Positions 40,701 to 49,623 of a stretch of 64,000 nucleotides of DNA are shown here, piece by piece. Each line of letters begins with the position of its first letter. Position 1 is the first letter of the stretch. Source of the stretch: an uncultured bacterium (GTDB taxonomy: Bacteria; Verrucomicrobiota; Verrucomicrobiia; Limisphaerales; UBA8199); the NCBI GenBank assembly GCA_963749495.1, contig CAVVMW010000010.1:352001-416000 (forward strand), in the 5' to 3' direction. Below the pieces are notes generated by a model. That model searched no databases, was not told the origin of the DNA, and saw only the letters and a program-made list of their open reading frames with translations. Made by a program: the position numbers and the translations under genes.

Positions 40701-43700
40701 GTGTCGCGGAAGTTGTTCCCCGACATGGTGAAGATAAGGTTGCCATAGTCCAGCGACAAGCCGTAGCCGATGCCGCTGTTGGCGTCGCGCTTGTCCACGA
40801 TCACGCTCGGCGGCGAGTTGGGGGCGTTGGTGGCGCGGTTGACCCACGCATCAATGGTCAGATCGCCCGTGCCGATGTCAATGGCGGGGTAGTCCGGCAC
40901 CGTGACGTACTGGGGCACGCCAGCCAAACTATTGAAATCGAGGCTGTTGGCGACGTAAGCGCCCAGAATGGGGGTTGGACCGCCGAATTGCGTGCCATAG
41001 TCCGGGGGCGAGGCCAGGTTGGCCGAGATCGGGCCGTGGATTTCGTCAAACGGCAGCCACAAGACCATATTGGGCGGCGAGGTCACGCAGCACAGGACCG
41101 TCACCGTCTGGCTGCACGCGGCGGTGTTGCTGCAACAATCCATCACCTGCCAGGTGCGCGTGTAGCTGATGGCGCACGGGTTGGCGCTCAGGTTGGTCAC
41201 CGTGTTGAGCACGGTGATCGTCAGGTCGGTGCAGCAGGCGTCGGCGGCGGCGGGCGGCTCGAAACTCCACGCCGCGCCGCTGCTGACTGTCAGGTTGCTC
41301 GCGCACAGCAGCGCCGGCGGATTGGTGTTGACCACGGTCACAGTCTGGCTGCAGGCGCCGCTGTTGCCGCACGCGTCGGTCAACAGCCAGGTCTGGGTGA
41401 TGACCTTGGGGCAGAGGCCGTTGGTCACGGCGCCCATAGAGGTGATGGTCACGCCGTTGGTCACGGCGCCGGTCGAGGTGATGGTCACGTTGCTCCCGCA
41501 ACACGAGGAGGCCGAGGGCAGATCGAAGGTCCAGGCGCTGCCGCACTGCACCGTCTTGTTGGTCGGGCAGGTCACGGTGATTCCCGTGGCGCAAGGCGGT
41601 TTGCACTTGCCCCCCGCCCCGGCGCTGTAAATTGCGTAAAGTTCCTTGATGGCCAGCGCGCGGTTGTACACCTCCACCTCGTCAAGCCCGCCCAGCCACG
41701 GCACGTTGCCGCCCAAAGGCGAGGCCGCCACCCAGAACAAGTTCGTGTTAGCCAGGTTGCCCGGCGTCGGGGTGAACGTCCCGCTCGGCCCGGCGTCCAC
41801 GTAGAATTGGCCCTGGGGTGTGGTGCTGCTCTGATTGAGGCTCACAGCCACAAAGTGCCATTGGCCGTCCGCCGGCACCGTCGCGGTGTCGCGGAAGTTG
41901 TTCCCCGACATGGTGAAGATAAGGTTGCCATAGTCCAGCGACAAGCCGTAGCCGATGCCGCTGTTGGCGTCGCGCTTGTCCACGATCACGCTCGGCGGCG
42001 AGTTGGGGGCGTTGGTGGCGCGGTTGACCCACGCATCAATGGTCAGATCGCCCGTGCCGATGTCAATGGCGGGGTAGTCCGGCACCGTGACGTACTGGGG
42101 CACGCCAGCCAAACTATTGAAATCGAGGCTGTTGGCGACGTAAGCGCCCAGAATGGGGGTTGGACCGCCGAATTGCGTGCCATAGTCCGGGGGCGAGGCC
42201 AGGTTGGCCGAGATCGGGCCGTGGATTTCGTCAAACGGCAGCCACAAGACCATATTGGGCGGCGAGGTCACGCAGCACAGGACCGTCACCGTCTGGCTGC
42301 ACGCGGCGGTGTTGCTGCAACAATCCATCACCTGCCAGGTGCGCGTGTAGCTGATGGCGCACGGGTTGGCGCTCAGGTTGGTCACCGTGTTGAGCACGGT
42401 GATCGTCAGGTCGGTGCAGCAGGCGTCGGCGGCGGCGGGCGGCTCGAAACTCCACGCCGCGCCGCTGCTCACTGTCAGGTTGCTCGCGCACAGCAACGCC
42501 GGCGGATTGGTGTTGACCACGGTCACAGTCTGGCTGCAGGCGCCGCTGTTGCCGCACGCGTCGGTCAACAGCCAGGTCTGGGTGATGACCTTGGGGCAGA
42601 GGCCGTTGGTCACGGCGCCCATAGAGGTGATGGTCACGCCGTTGGTCACGGCGCCGGTCGAGGTGATGGTCACGTTGCTCCCGCAACACGAGGAGGCCGA
42701 GGGCAGATCGAAGGTCCAGGCGCTGCCGCACTGCACCGTCTTGTTGGTCGGACAATAGACGACGAACGGGGAGACGCAATTGGTCAATTCCGCGCGAAAG
42801 GCCGTTGGCGAGCGGCCCGGCTCACCAGTCGAGCCGTTGTTGGTGACGTAGATGTCCAACATGTTGATGAGGGGCGCGCAGACAAACCCACTCGCGACGT
42901 TGATCGGGGTCCAACTGCTGAAACCAGGAATGCTCGCCACCGGGGCGCCGTTCAGATACACCCCGGCGGTGTTATCCGCCGCCATTTGGCCGCTCAGTTC
43001 CGCAGCGTTGGCGCAGCAGCAGACCAGGAATTGAAGCTGGTAATGGTACACGCCCTCCGGCTCATAAGCATCGGTCGTATCCGGCCCGATCCACTGGGAA
43101 TCCGGGCCATCGAGCAGGGTGGGATAAGTGCTGTTGGCGCTTGCGGGAGCTATGACCAGCGCGCTGGTTCCGGCCCCGGGCGGCGCTGAGAGAAGGACAA
43201 AGTTGGGATCTGTTGCCCCCGTGCCGAGCGCAGCCGGTCCATTCATGCCGGTGTTGAAAACCTGGCACGGGCTGGTGGGGATGACCGTCACCGTCTGGCT
43301 GCACGCGGCGGTGTTGCTGCAACAATCCATCACCTGCCAGGTGCGCGTGTAGCTGATGGCGCACGGGTTGGCGCTCAGGTTGGTCACCGTGTTGAGCACG
43401 GTGATCGTCAGGTCGGTGCAGCAGGCGTCGTCGGCGGCGGGCGGCTCGAAACTCCACGCCGCGCCGCTGCTGACTGTCAGGTTGCTCGCGCACAGCAGCG
43501 CCGGCGGATTGGTGTTGACCACGGTCACAGTCTGGCTGCAGGCGCCGCTGTTGCCGCACGCGTCGGTCAACAGCCAGGTCTGGGTGATGACCTTGGGGCA
43601 GAGGCCGTTGGTCACGGCGCCCATAGAGGTGATGGTCACGCCGTTGGTCACGGCGCCGGTCGAGGTGGTGGTCACGTTGCTCCCGCAACACGAGGAGGCC

Positions 43701-45601
43701 GAGGGCAGATCGAAGGTCCAGGCGCTGCCGCACTGCACCGTCTTGTTGGTCGGACAGGTCACGGTGATTCCCGTGGCGCAAGGCGGTTTGCACTTGCCCC
43801 CCGCCCCGGCGCTGTAAATTGCGTAAAGTTCCTTGATGGCCAGCGCGCGGTTGTACACCTCCACCTCGTCAAGCCCGCCCAGCCACGGCACGTTGCCGCC
43901 CAAAGGCGAGGCCGCCACCCAGAACAAGTTCGTGTTAGCCAGGTTGCCCGGCGTCGGGGTGAACGTCCCGCTCGGCCCGGCGTCCACGTAGAATTGGCCC
44001 TGGGGTGTGGTGCTGCTCTGATTCAGGCTCACAGCCACAAAGTGCCATTGGCCGTCCGCCGGCACCGTCGCGGTGTCGCGGAAGTTGTTCCCCGACATGG
44101 TGAAGATAAGGTTGCCATAGTCCAGCGACAAGCCGTAGCCGATGCCGCTGTTGGCGTCGCGCTTGTCCACGATCACGCTCGGCGGCGAGTTGGGGGCGTT
44201 GGTGGCGCGGTTGACCCACGCATCAATGGTCAGATCGCCCGTGCCGATGTCAATGGCGGGGTAGTCCGGCACCGTGACGTATTGGGGCGCGCCAGCCAAA
44301 CTATTGAAATCGAGGCTGTTGGCGACGTAAGCGCCCAGAATGGGGGTTGGACCGCCGAATTGCGTGCCATAGTCCGGGGGCGAGGCCAGGTTGGCCGAGA
44401 TCGGGCCGTGGATTTCGTCAAACGGCAGCCACAAGACCATATTGGGCGGCGAGGTCACGCAGCACAGGACCGTCACCGTCTGGCTGCACGTGGCCGTGGC
44501 GCCGCAAGCGTTGGTAATCTGCCAGTTTCGCGTGATGTATTGCGGGTTGGCGCCGTTGGTCACGGTGCTCGCCACGGAGATGGTCACGTTTGAGCCGCAG
44601 CAGCCGGCGCCAGTGACAGTCGGTGGATCGAAGGTCCAGGCGCTGCCGCACTGCACCGTCTTGTTGGTGGCGCAGTTGATCACGGGCAGGCTGCCGTTTA
44701 TCGTAAAAATTCCGCCATAGGTCCAGGTAATCCCGTGCACCTCCTGGATGTAGATAAAGTAAACGCCCGTCGGGACACTCACAGGGATATTCCATACGAA
44801 ACTGCCACTGTTGGGCGTGCTGGGTGTGATGACGTCATAGACAACCCAATGGGCATAATCACCTAATTCGATCTCCACGTTCCACGACGGATTGCCGCCG
44901 CTCCAGGTGATGGTCTGTGTGCTGCCGGCGCAGTAGGCGCCATTGGTGGGAGAAAGAATGGTGAAGCCGAAGGGTGAAGGCGCGGTGGCCGGGGCGCCGC
45001 CGCCAGCAGGGGAAACCCACAGCGCCGTGCCGACGGGCGCGGTCAGCTCCGACGGGAACCATCCAGAAACACCGCCCTTAGGGCCCTGCTGGTAGGTCGC
45101 AATGTCCCAAGTCGAGCGCGAGACGTTCCATTGCCACACCGTCGAGCTATTCACCGGCGTCCCCACAGTGTTTTCATAAGTCCCAATGTCATTGGTCTGG
45201 CGGCTGAGCAAATACACGGACCCGGCCGGAATGGCGACCGGCAGCACGGGCACATTCGGCGTGCCTGTGAAAACAAGTTGGAAATTGGTCGGGCTTTCCA
45301 GCCATGCGCCATCGCCCGGATTCAGCGCAATCGCCTCGCCGTTGAACCATCGCCCCGCCGCCGCGGAGAAAGTGGAGATGGCCCATGTGCCGTCGCTGTT
45401 AATGTATTTGTACAATGCGCACCCGTCCGGCACATTGGGCATTATTTCATTGAGAGTGTTGCTCCCGGCATCGAGCTGGTTGGCAATCAAATTGAGGCCG
45501 GGCAGGATGCTGTTGGTATAGCTCTGGCTCCCGCTGGGCTGGGAGAAACCGCACATCGCAACCAGAATGTAACAAACGAATCCGAGCAGGCGCATTCTCA
45601 T
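37763..45601 (-). CDS. Giant cysteine-rich secreted protein with LamG and HYR-like repeats and an Ig domain
   Basis: About 2600 aa ORF with signal peptide; three LamG units (DLTIDAWV…WHFVAV…GGLDEVEVYNRAL); repeated CPTNKTVQCGSAWTFD units; C-terminal KFYRL. Confidence 0.85.
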   Translation of the reverse strand: MRMRLLGFVCYILVAMCGFSQPSGSQSYTNSILPGLNLIANQLDAGSNTLNEIMPNVPDGCALYKYINSDGTWAISTFSAAAGRWFNGEAIALNPGDGAWLESPTNFQLVFTGTPNVPVLPVAIPAGSVYLLSRQTNDIGTYENTVGTPVNSSTVWQWNVSRSTWDIATYQQGPKGGVSGWFPSELTAPVGTALWVSPAGGGAPATAPSPFGFTILSPTNGAYCAGSTQTITWSGGNPSWNVEIELGDYAHWVVYDVITPSTPNSGSFVWNIPVSVPTGVYFIYIQEVHGITWTYGGIFTINGSLPVINCATNKTVQCGSAWTFDPPTVTGAGCCGSNVTISVASTVTNGANPQYITRNWQITNACGATATCSQTVTVLCCVTSPPNMVLWLPFDEIHGPISANLASPPDYGTQFGGPTPILGAYVANSLDFNSLAGAPQYVTVPDYPAIDIGTGDLTIDAWVNRATNAPNSPPSVIVDKRDANSGIGYGLSLDYGNLIFTMSGNNFRDTATVPADGQWHFVAVSLNQSSTTPQGQFYVDAGPSGTFTPTPGNLANTNLFWVAASPLGGNVPWLGGLDEVEVYNRALAIKELYAIYSAGAGGKCKPPCATGITVTCPTNKTVQCGSAWTFDLPSASSCCGSNVTTTSTGAVTNGVTITSMGAVTNGLCPKVITQTWLLTDACGNSGACSQTVTVVNTNPPALLCASNLTVSSGAAWSFEPPAADDACCTDLTITVLNTVTNLSANPCAISYTRTWQVMDCCSNTAACSQTVTVIPTSPCQVFNTGMNGPAALGTGATDPNFVLLSAPPGAGTSALVIAPASANSTYPTLLDGPDSQWIGPDTTDAYEPEGVYHYQLQFLVCCCANAAELSGQMAADNTAGVYLNGAPVASIPGFSSWTPINVASGFVCAPLINMLDIYVTNNGSTGEPGRSPTAFRAELTNCVSPFVVYCPTNKTVQCGSAWTFDLPSASSCCGSNVTITSTGAVTNGVTITSMGAVTNGLCPKVITQTWLLTDACGNSGACSQTVTVVNTNPPALLCASNLTVSSGAAWSFEPPAAADACCTDLTITVLNTVTNLSANPCAISYTRTWQVMDCCSNTAACSQTVTVLCCVTSPPNMVLWLPFDEIHGPISANLASPPDYGTQFGGPTPILGAYVANSLDFNSLAGVPQYVTVPDYPAIDIGTGDLTIDAWVNRATNAPNSPPSVIVDKRDANSGIGYGLSLDYGNLIFTMSGNNFRDTATVPADGQWHFVAVSLNQSSTTPQGQFYVDAGPSGTFTPTPGNLANTNLFWVAASPLGGNVPWLGGLDEVEVYNRALAIKELYAIYSAGAGGKCKPPCATGITVTCPTNKTVQCGSAWTFDLPSASSCCGSNVTITSTGAVTNGVTITSMGAVTNGLCPKVITQTWLLTDACGNSGACSQTVTVVNTNPPALLCASNLTVSSGAAWSFEPPAAADACCTDLTITVLNTVTNLSANPCAISYTRTWQVMDCCSNTAACSQTVTVLCCVTSPPNMVLWLPFDEIHGPISANLASPPDYGTQFGGPTPILGAYVANSLDFNSLAGVPQYVTVPDYPAIDIGTGDLTIDAWVNRATNAPNSPPSVIVDKRDANSGIGYGLSLDYGNLIFTMSGNNFRDTATVPADGQWHFVAVSLNQSSTTPQGQFYVDAGPSGTFTPTPGNLANTNLFWVAASPLGGNVPWLGGLDEVEVYNRALAIKELYAIYSAGAGGKCKPPCATGITVTCPTNKTVQCGSAWTFDLPSASSCCGSNVTITSTGAVTNGVTITSMGAMTNGLCPKVITQTWLLTDACGNSGACSQTVTVVDTTPPTISCPTNAIVVALNTNCALVIPLIHPVATDNCTPASQLVYTQSPPAGTIASGHSQVVTLTVTDLCGNSSQCRVLVLGEDKTGPVVVCPTNMTATNCLVPCVPVTATDNCCLQSSLRITQSPPCGTPIGPGIHSITVTVTDCNGNSTTRVVSLSVGGPQSFLGALFNTGVDGSGGLLADDTVDPHYALPPAAVPAGMPSDYFGNAVAVSDTCHPTGTACAWLNRYLNYTCYEYTPWSLPPDPAFHPAVSKWIAPDYTNNGCSPYGGYTYTLPFNLPAGFNPASAAISGRWAADNEALMYLNANQIPAIDGGATVNGNAGFAQWTHFIIPAGSGFVSGPNTLTFVVTNTDPSSWTGLRVEFTSAFAGCSTCAPPAILSITPGRALPVGGVATFNVNAAGTPPLSYQWCDNNVKLANNGHDSGVTTSTLQVHPLGFSDGGLYSVLVSNSCGVATGYVRLNVTQPRPWNWGWWDVSLPANPLAATVGPDLNLAGSSFAANYSLSAGTTEDFGLPDPAGQIVNVMHINPLPAPSIQVPLIAPPGSNSVSSYTVIMDLYEPDTSFGTPSTLFQSLVCCLGSSGQDGVSLTLDAQNNPHLTGSAAGVPFDAASAAPLTVDAWNRLALVIDDPQDGIGVNGAIYLNGQPVASLTVPTPIGLPINWGNSPPTLLSAQTNASAPNGEFYLSSIQFHALALTPQGLAGIGSPDDGPAPALDTSVGAQPVLSATLSNGLVNLTFSGTPFVPQETTDLNGVWVDSVLPFAESPANGSVLTTAVADPSTEGPAKFYRLIFRP
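40145..44489. repeat. Near-identical intragenic duplications (1185-bp period)
   Basis: 40156, 41341 and 42526 start the same sequence; 43284-44489 matches 41097-42302. Confidence 0.9.
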
Positions 45602-45998
45602 AGTTAACCCTTCCAAAGCTGGCTTTAATCAAATTGGCGTTGATGAACACTACTCTTTCGCCGGCCGCCGGAGCAAAGGCACATGCCAATTAGTAATGTA
45701 CTTAATGTATTTCTTTTATGGCTCCCCATCGCCGAATGCAAGCTTTATTCTCATTTTTTGCACAGGTATCAGTGTTCCTAATATAACTGCGTCCTGCCGT
45801 GAAATCCGTGCCGTCCGCGGCATCGTCACGTTCCGCGCGGCGTGGTCAACGCGTTTCAAACCGAAACCCGATGGGACGGCATTTCTGTCAGCTTGCGGCA
45901 ACGTTGGCCCGTCAGGCCCCCGGGGTGGCGGAATTGACCTGACACGGACAGGCAGGAGAAGCGGGATGCGACAAGGGAGCGGAGGGTGAAAGGGGGCG

Positions 45999-46262
45999 AA
46001 AAGGGGTCAGCCATAGCTTGGTTCGTTTTTCCTCATATTCCGAGGTGGCCTTGCCCCGGGTCCGAGGGGGCGGCGTTCCCCAGCCACGTGCGTAACCGGG
46101 CGTTGGCGCTCTTTGGTGTGCCCAGATGCACGCGAGCGGCTGTCGCCTTGATCGAAAGCGTCGTCTTTTTGCGCAACCGCGCCGCGAACGGCAGTTTGGG
46201 CGGATCGTCCCGTGTACTTCGGGGCCGATGTTTTCACCCCGCTCCGCCCACTCGTCAAGCCA
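45999..46262 (-). mobile_element. Non-autonomous element: promoter-like end + RAYT 3' remnant ending in TGACCCCTTTT
   Basis: Minus frame DPPKLPFAARLRKKTTLSIKATAARVHLGTPKSANARL…QGHLGI*; ggggtca at 46003-46009. Confidence 0.72.
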
Positions 46263-46331
46263 AATCGTGACTGTTCAGGCGCGCAGGACCGGGTTTGACG
46301 TGAATGTTCACGCGGGGCCGACGTTCGAGCT

Positions 46332-46542
46332 TTGTCCCGGAGGGACATCCCGAGAATAGCCCGGCGCTTCAGCGCCGGGGACGACGCCCCAAAAACCCGC
46401 GTCCCGAAAGGGACGCCTGAAGCTCAGTGGCTGACGTATGACATGCGGCTGATTCAACCGTCCCTTCGGGACGGAAGCAACACTAAACGGCTTGTCCCGG
46501 CGCTGAAGCGCCGGGCTATTATCGAGATGTCCCTTCGGGACA
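46332..46542. repeat. Long REP-like nested palindrome
   Basis: ttgtcccggagggaca…aatagcccggcgcttcagcgccggg … cccggcgctgaagcgccgggctatt…tgtcccttcgggacaa. Confidence 0.75.
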
Positions 46543-46872
46543 ACCACCGATCGCGAGCCAGGTGGCATGTCGAAAGGTATGGACGACACGGACGCAAATA
46601 ATGGATTTTGCCGGGCTTTCGCCACAAAACGCGTCTGCGAGTCCAGATACGAACTGGCACGGCCCAGATCGCCGCCGCCGCGTCAGGCCGCATCTTCGTT
46701 TCCTTCGTTTCCTTCTGTTCTGCTCCTCTGGCCGGCCTGCGGGACGCAGGAAAATAACAAAAGGAAACGAAGGAAACGAAGGATCGAAGGCCCGGATCAA
46801 CTCTGAAACCAAGGCGGGCCGGGCATTCGCCCGGCCCCTGCAAATCTTCCTGATGAATTAGTTATTAGCCAA

Positions 46873-49456
46873 CTATTGCTTGGTCCGATAAAACTGCCTG
46901 GTGGCGCCGGGCGGAACGGCCACCGTCAATGGGCTGGTGCCAGGCAGATCATTCCACGGGCCTAACAGGGAACTTGCCGATTGAAGCGTGCCCGTGAAAG
47001 TGAGGGTAATTCCGCCGGCCGCCCGCGCGACACTCACAGTTGGCCGCGCAGTCGGTGTAGTCCACTGGTAGTAAGCGGTGATGGCGTTGGTCGTATCGTT
47101 AATCAACGAGCGTGTGCCGTCCGCGTTGAGCATGTACCACTCGAGCTGCGCGGCGGAGCCGGCGGCGGTGCTGGTGGTTCGGTAATAGAGCAGGCGGAAC
47201 GGGTAACTGCCCGCTTTGGGCACATAGAATTGAAACGGTGAATCGGCGACCCCGCGGGTAGGGCCGGCCGGGGCGGCGGCATCGAAGAAGCCCAAAACCA
47301 CGCTGGAGGATGGATCCTTCGGATTGGCGCCCGCGCGGACTTGGAAACCGTCGTCTGCATCCGGGAAACCTGTCCAATCGGTCACCACGGCCATCGAGTA
47401 CATCCCGGGCGTCTTGAAATCCAGCGCCGCCAGGATCTCTTCCACGAAGTTGTCGTTGGGCAACCCGTTGACCGTCATTCCCGGGATACCGGGGAAGCTG
47501 AAATCCGGGTAGTCCGGCGCATTGAAGTAGCCGTCGGTACCGGAGGGGTTGGCGTCGAAGTTAATCAAACCCGCCCAGGTGAAGTAGCCGTTAGTGTCCA
47601 CGTCGCCAAAAACAAGATCGGGGATGGTCGCGACATTGGGTCCATCTTGGCCCGCCAATAGGTCCTCGTTATAGGCGATGGTGCCGACCGTGCCGTTGGT
47701 AGAAGGCCCATCGATCTGGTAGGTCTTGATTTTGAAGCCCGTGTTGGTCGCGTTCACCGCGCTGTTGGGCAAAGCGGCACTCACCGGCAAGGTGGCGTAA
47801 GTCCCCACCACGAAACTGGCGGCGTTGGTGTAGGAAGCGCCTTTGGTGTCCTTGATGGCGAGGCTGACGGTGTTGGTGGAACCCGATGGGAATGGCGCGC
47901 CGGGAAGTGTGAAGCTGATGGTCGTGGTGGTCCTGCTCTGGGTCACGGCACTGGGGGTGACGCTGGCCCCGTTGAGAACCAGCGAAATCGTGTTGGTATC
48001 CGCGACGCTTCCTCCCGCCTCGTTCACAGTAATGCTGAAACCGAGCGGCGTTGCGGTGGGACTCGCGAAGGTCAACGCAGCCGCTCCGACTGGCGGCACC
48101 GCGTTGGTATCCAATTGCTCCAGGGGGAGCATGCCGCTGAATACTTTCAAACGATCCAGCTCACCGACGTATTGCAGAAAGCCATTCCATTCCGCGCCGA
48201 TGCTGAACAGCGTCTGAGCGGTTGACCGATTGAGAATAACGCTGCCGGTGTATGGCTCCGTGTCCAAAAGGACGCCATCCACGTAAAACGTGAATTGCAC
48301 TCCATTTTGGTGAATGACGGCGATATGGTGCCAGGCGCCATCGTCGGGAATGGCGGCGGTGGACGTCTGGTCCAGGATTCCTAAAGTGGTCACGAAGATA
48401 GTCCGGTCCGTGTTGACCGAGAAGGACACGGCGCCGCCTTTGCCGTTGCTGTAGAAAAGCACCATCCGGCCTGCGGGAGTCCCAGCGAATTTCACCCACG
48501 CCTCTATGGTGAAGGACGGGTTGTTGGTGTCAAACTGGATGACAGTGCTGGGATCATTGACCGTGAAGTACTGCCCGCTCGCAAACTGAATGGCCGTATC
48601 CCCGGGTTGGCCGGAGGGTGAATCGGTAGTAAACGTGGGAGGGTTGGACGGGACACCGGGCGTCCCGACCAGGCTGTTGACGCTGTCGGTGACTTTGGTG
48701 CCCGAGCCCTCGTTGAATTCGAAATCGACGAGCGTCGGCCGGCGGCACAGCCTGGTAATCCAGTTCATCCGGAGGGAGCATCCCGCTGGACATCTTCAAC
48801 CGGTCCAGCTCACCGACATATTGCAGAAAGCCATTCCATTCCGCGCCGATGCTAAAGAGCGATTGCGCGGTGGACCGATTGATCAATACCCCGCCGGTGT
48901 ACGCCTCCGTGTCCAAAAGAACCCCATCCACGTAAAAGGTGAACTGCACCCCGTTTTCGTGAATGACGGCGATATGGTGCCAGGCGCCGTCGTCGGGAAT
49001 GGCGGCGGTGGACGTCTGGTCCTTGATTCCCAACGTGGTCACGAAGACGGTCCGGTCCGTGTTGACGGAGAAGGAAACGGCGCCGCCGGGTCCATTGTTA
49101 TAGAACAAAACCATCCGGCCGGAAGGAGTCCCCGAGAACTTCACCCAGGCCTGCAGGGTGAATGAAGGATTGTTTGTGTCCAACTGCACTCGCGCGTTCG
49201 GATCGTTGACGATCATGTACTGGTTGGTCGCGAATTGCATCGCGTAATCTCCGGCTTTGCCGGAGGGTGAGTCGGTCGTGAACGTGGGAGGGTTGGACGG
49301 GACACCGGGCGTCCCAACCAGACTGTTGACGCTGTCGGTGACTTTGGTGCCCGAACCCTCGTCGAATTCGAAATCGAGGAGGGCGGTGGCTGCTGAAGCG
49401 CTGGTGGCGGCCAGCAAAGCCGCAAGGAGTCCGGCAATGTGTAGTTTTCGCTGCAT
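46873..49456 (-). CDS. Secreted protein with two tandem LamG domains and a PA14-like region (frameshift near 48750)
   Basis: Signal MQRKLHIAGLLAALL…; duplicated DFEFxEGSGTKVTDSVNSLVG…WHHIAV units; C-terminal QFYR. Confidence 0.82.
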
Positions 49457-49623
49457 AAAGATCCTTTTGTTTGCGTAATTTCGACGTTCCATACGCTTAT
49501 GCGTATAGGCATACGTATGCGTATGGGCATACGGGCTACTCGCGGCAAATTATCAGCTTGGCTCGAAGTTGTCCTGTCCCCAGTTTTGGGGACATTTACA
49601 GCTCATTTGTTGTCTCCGACGCG

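Noticed and set aside
37341..46262. The 270-bp repeat as a riboswitch or ncRNA
   Set aside because: Most of it translates on the minus strand to the same transposase C-terminus seen at 10101 and 16633; no known riboswitch consensus recognised.
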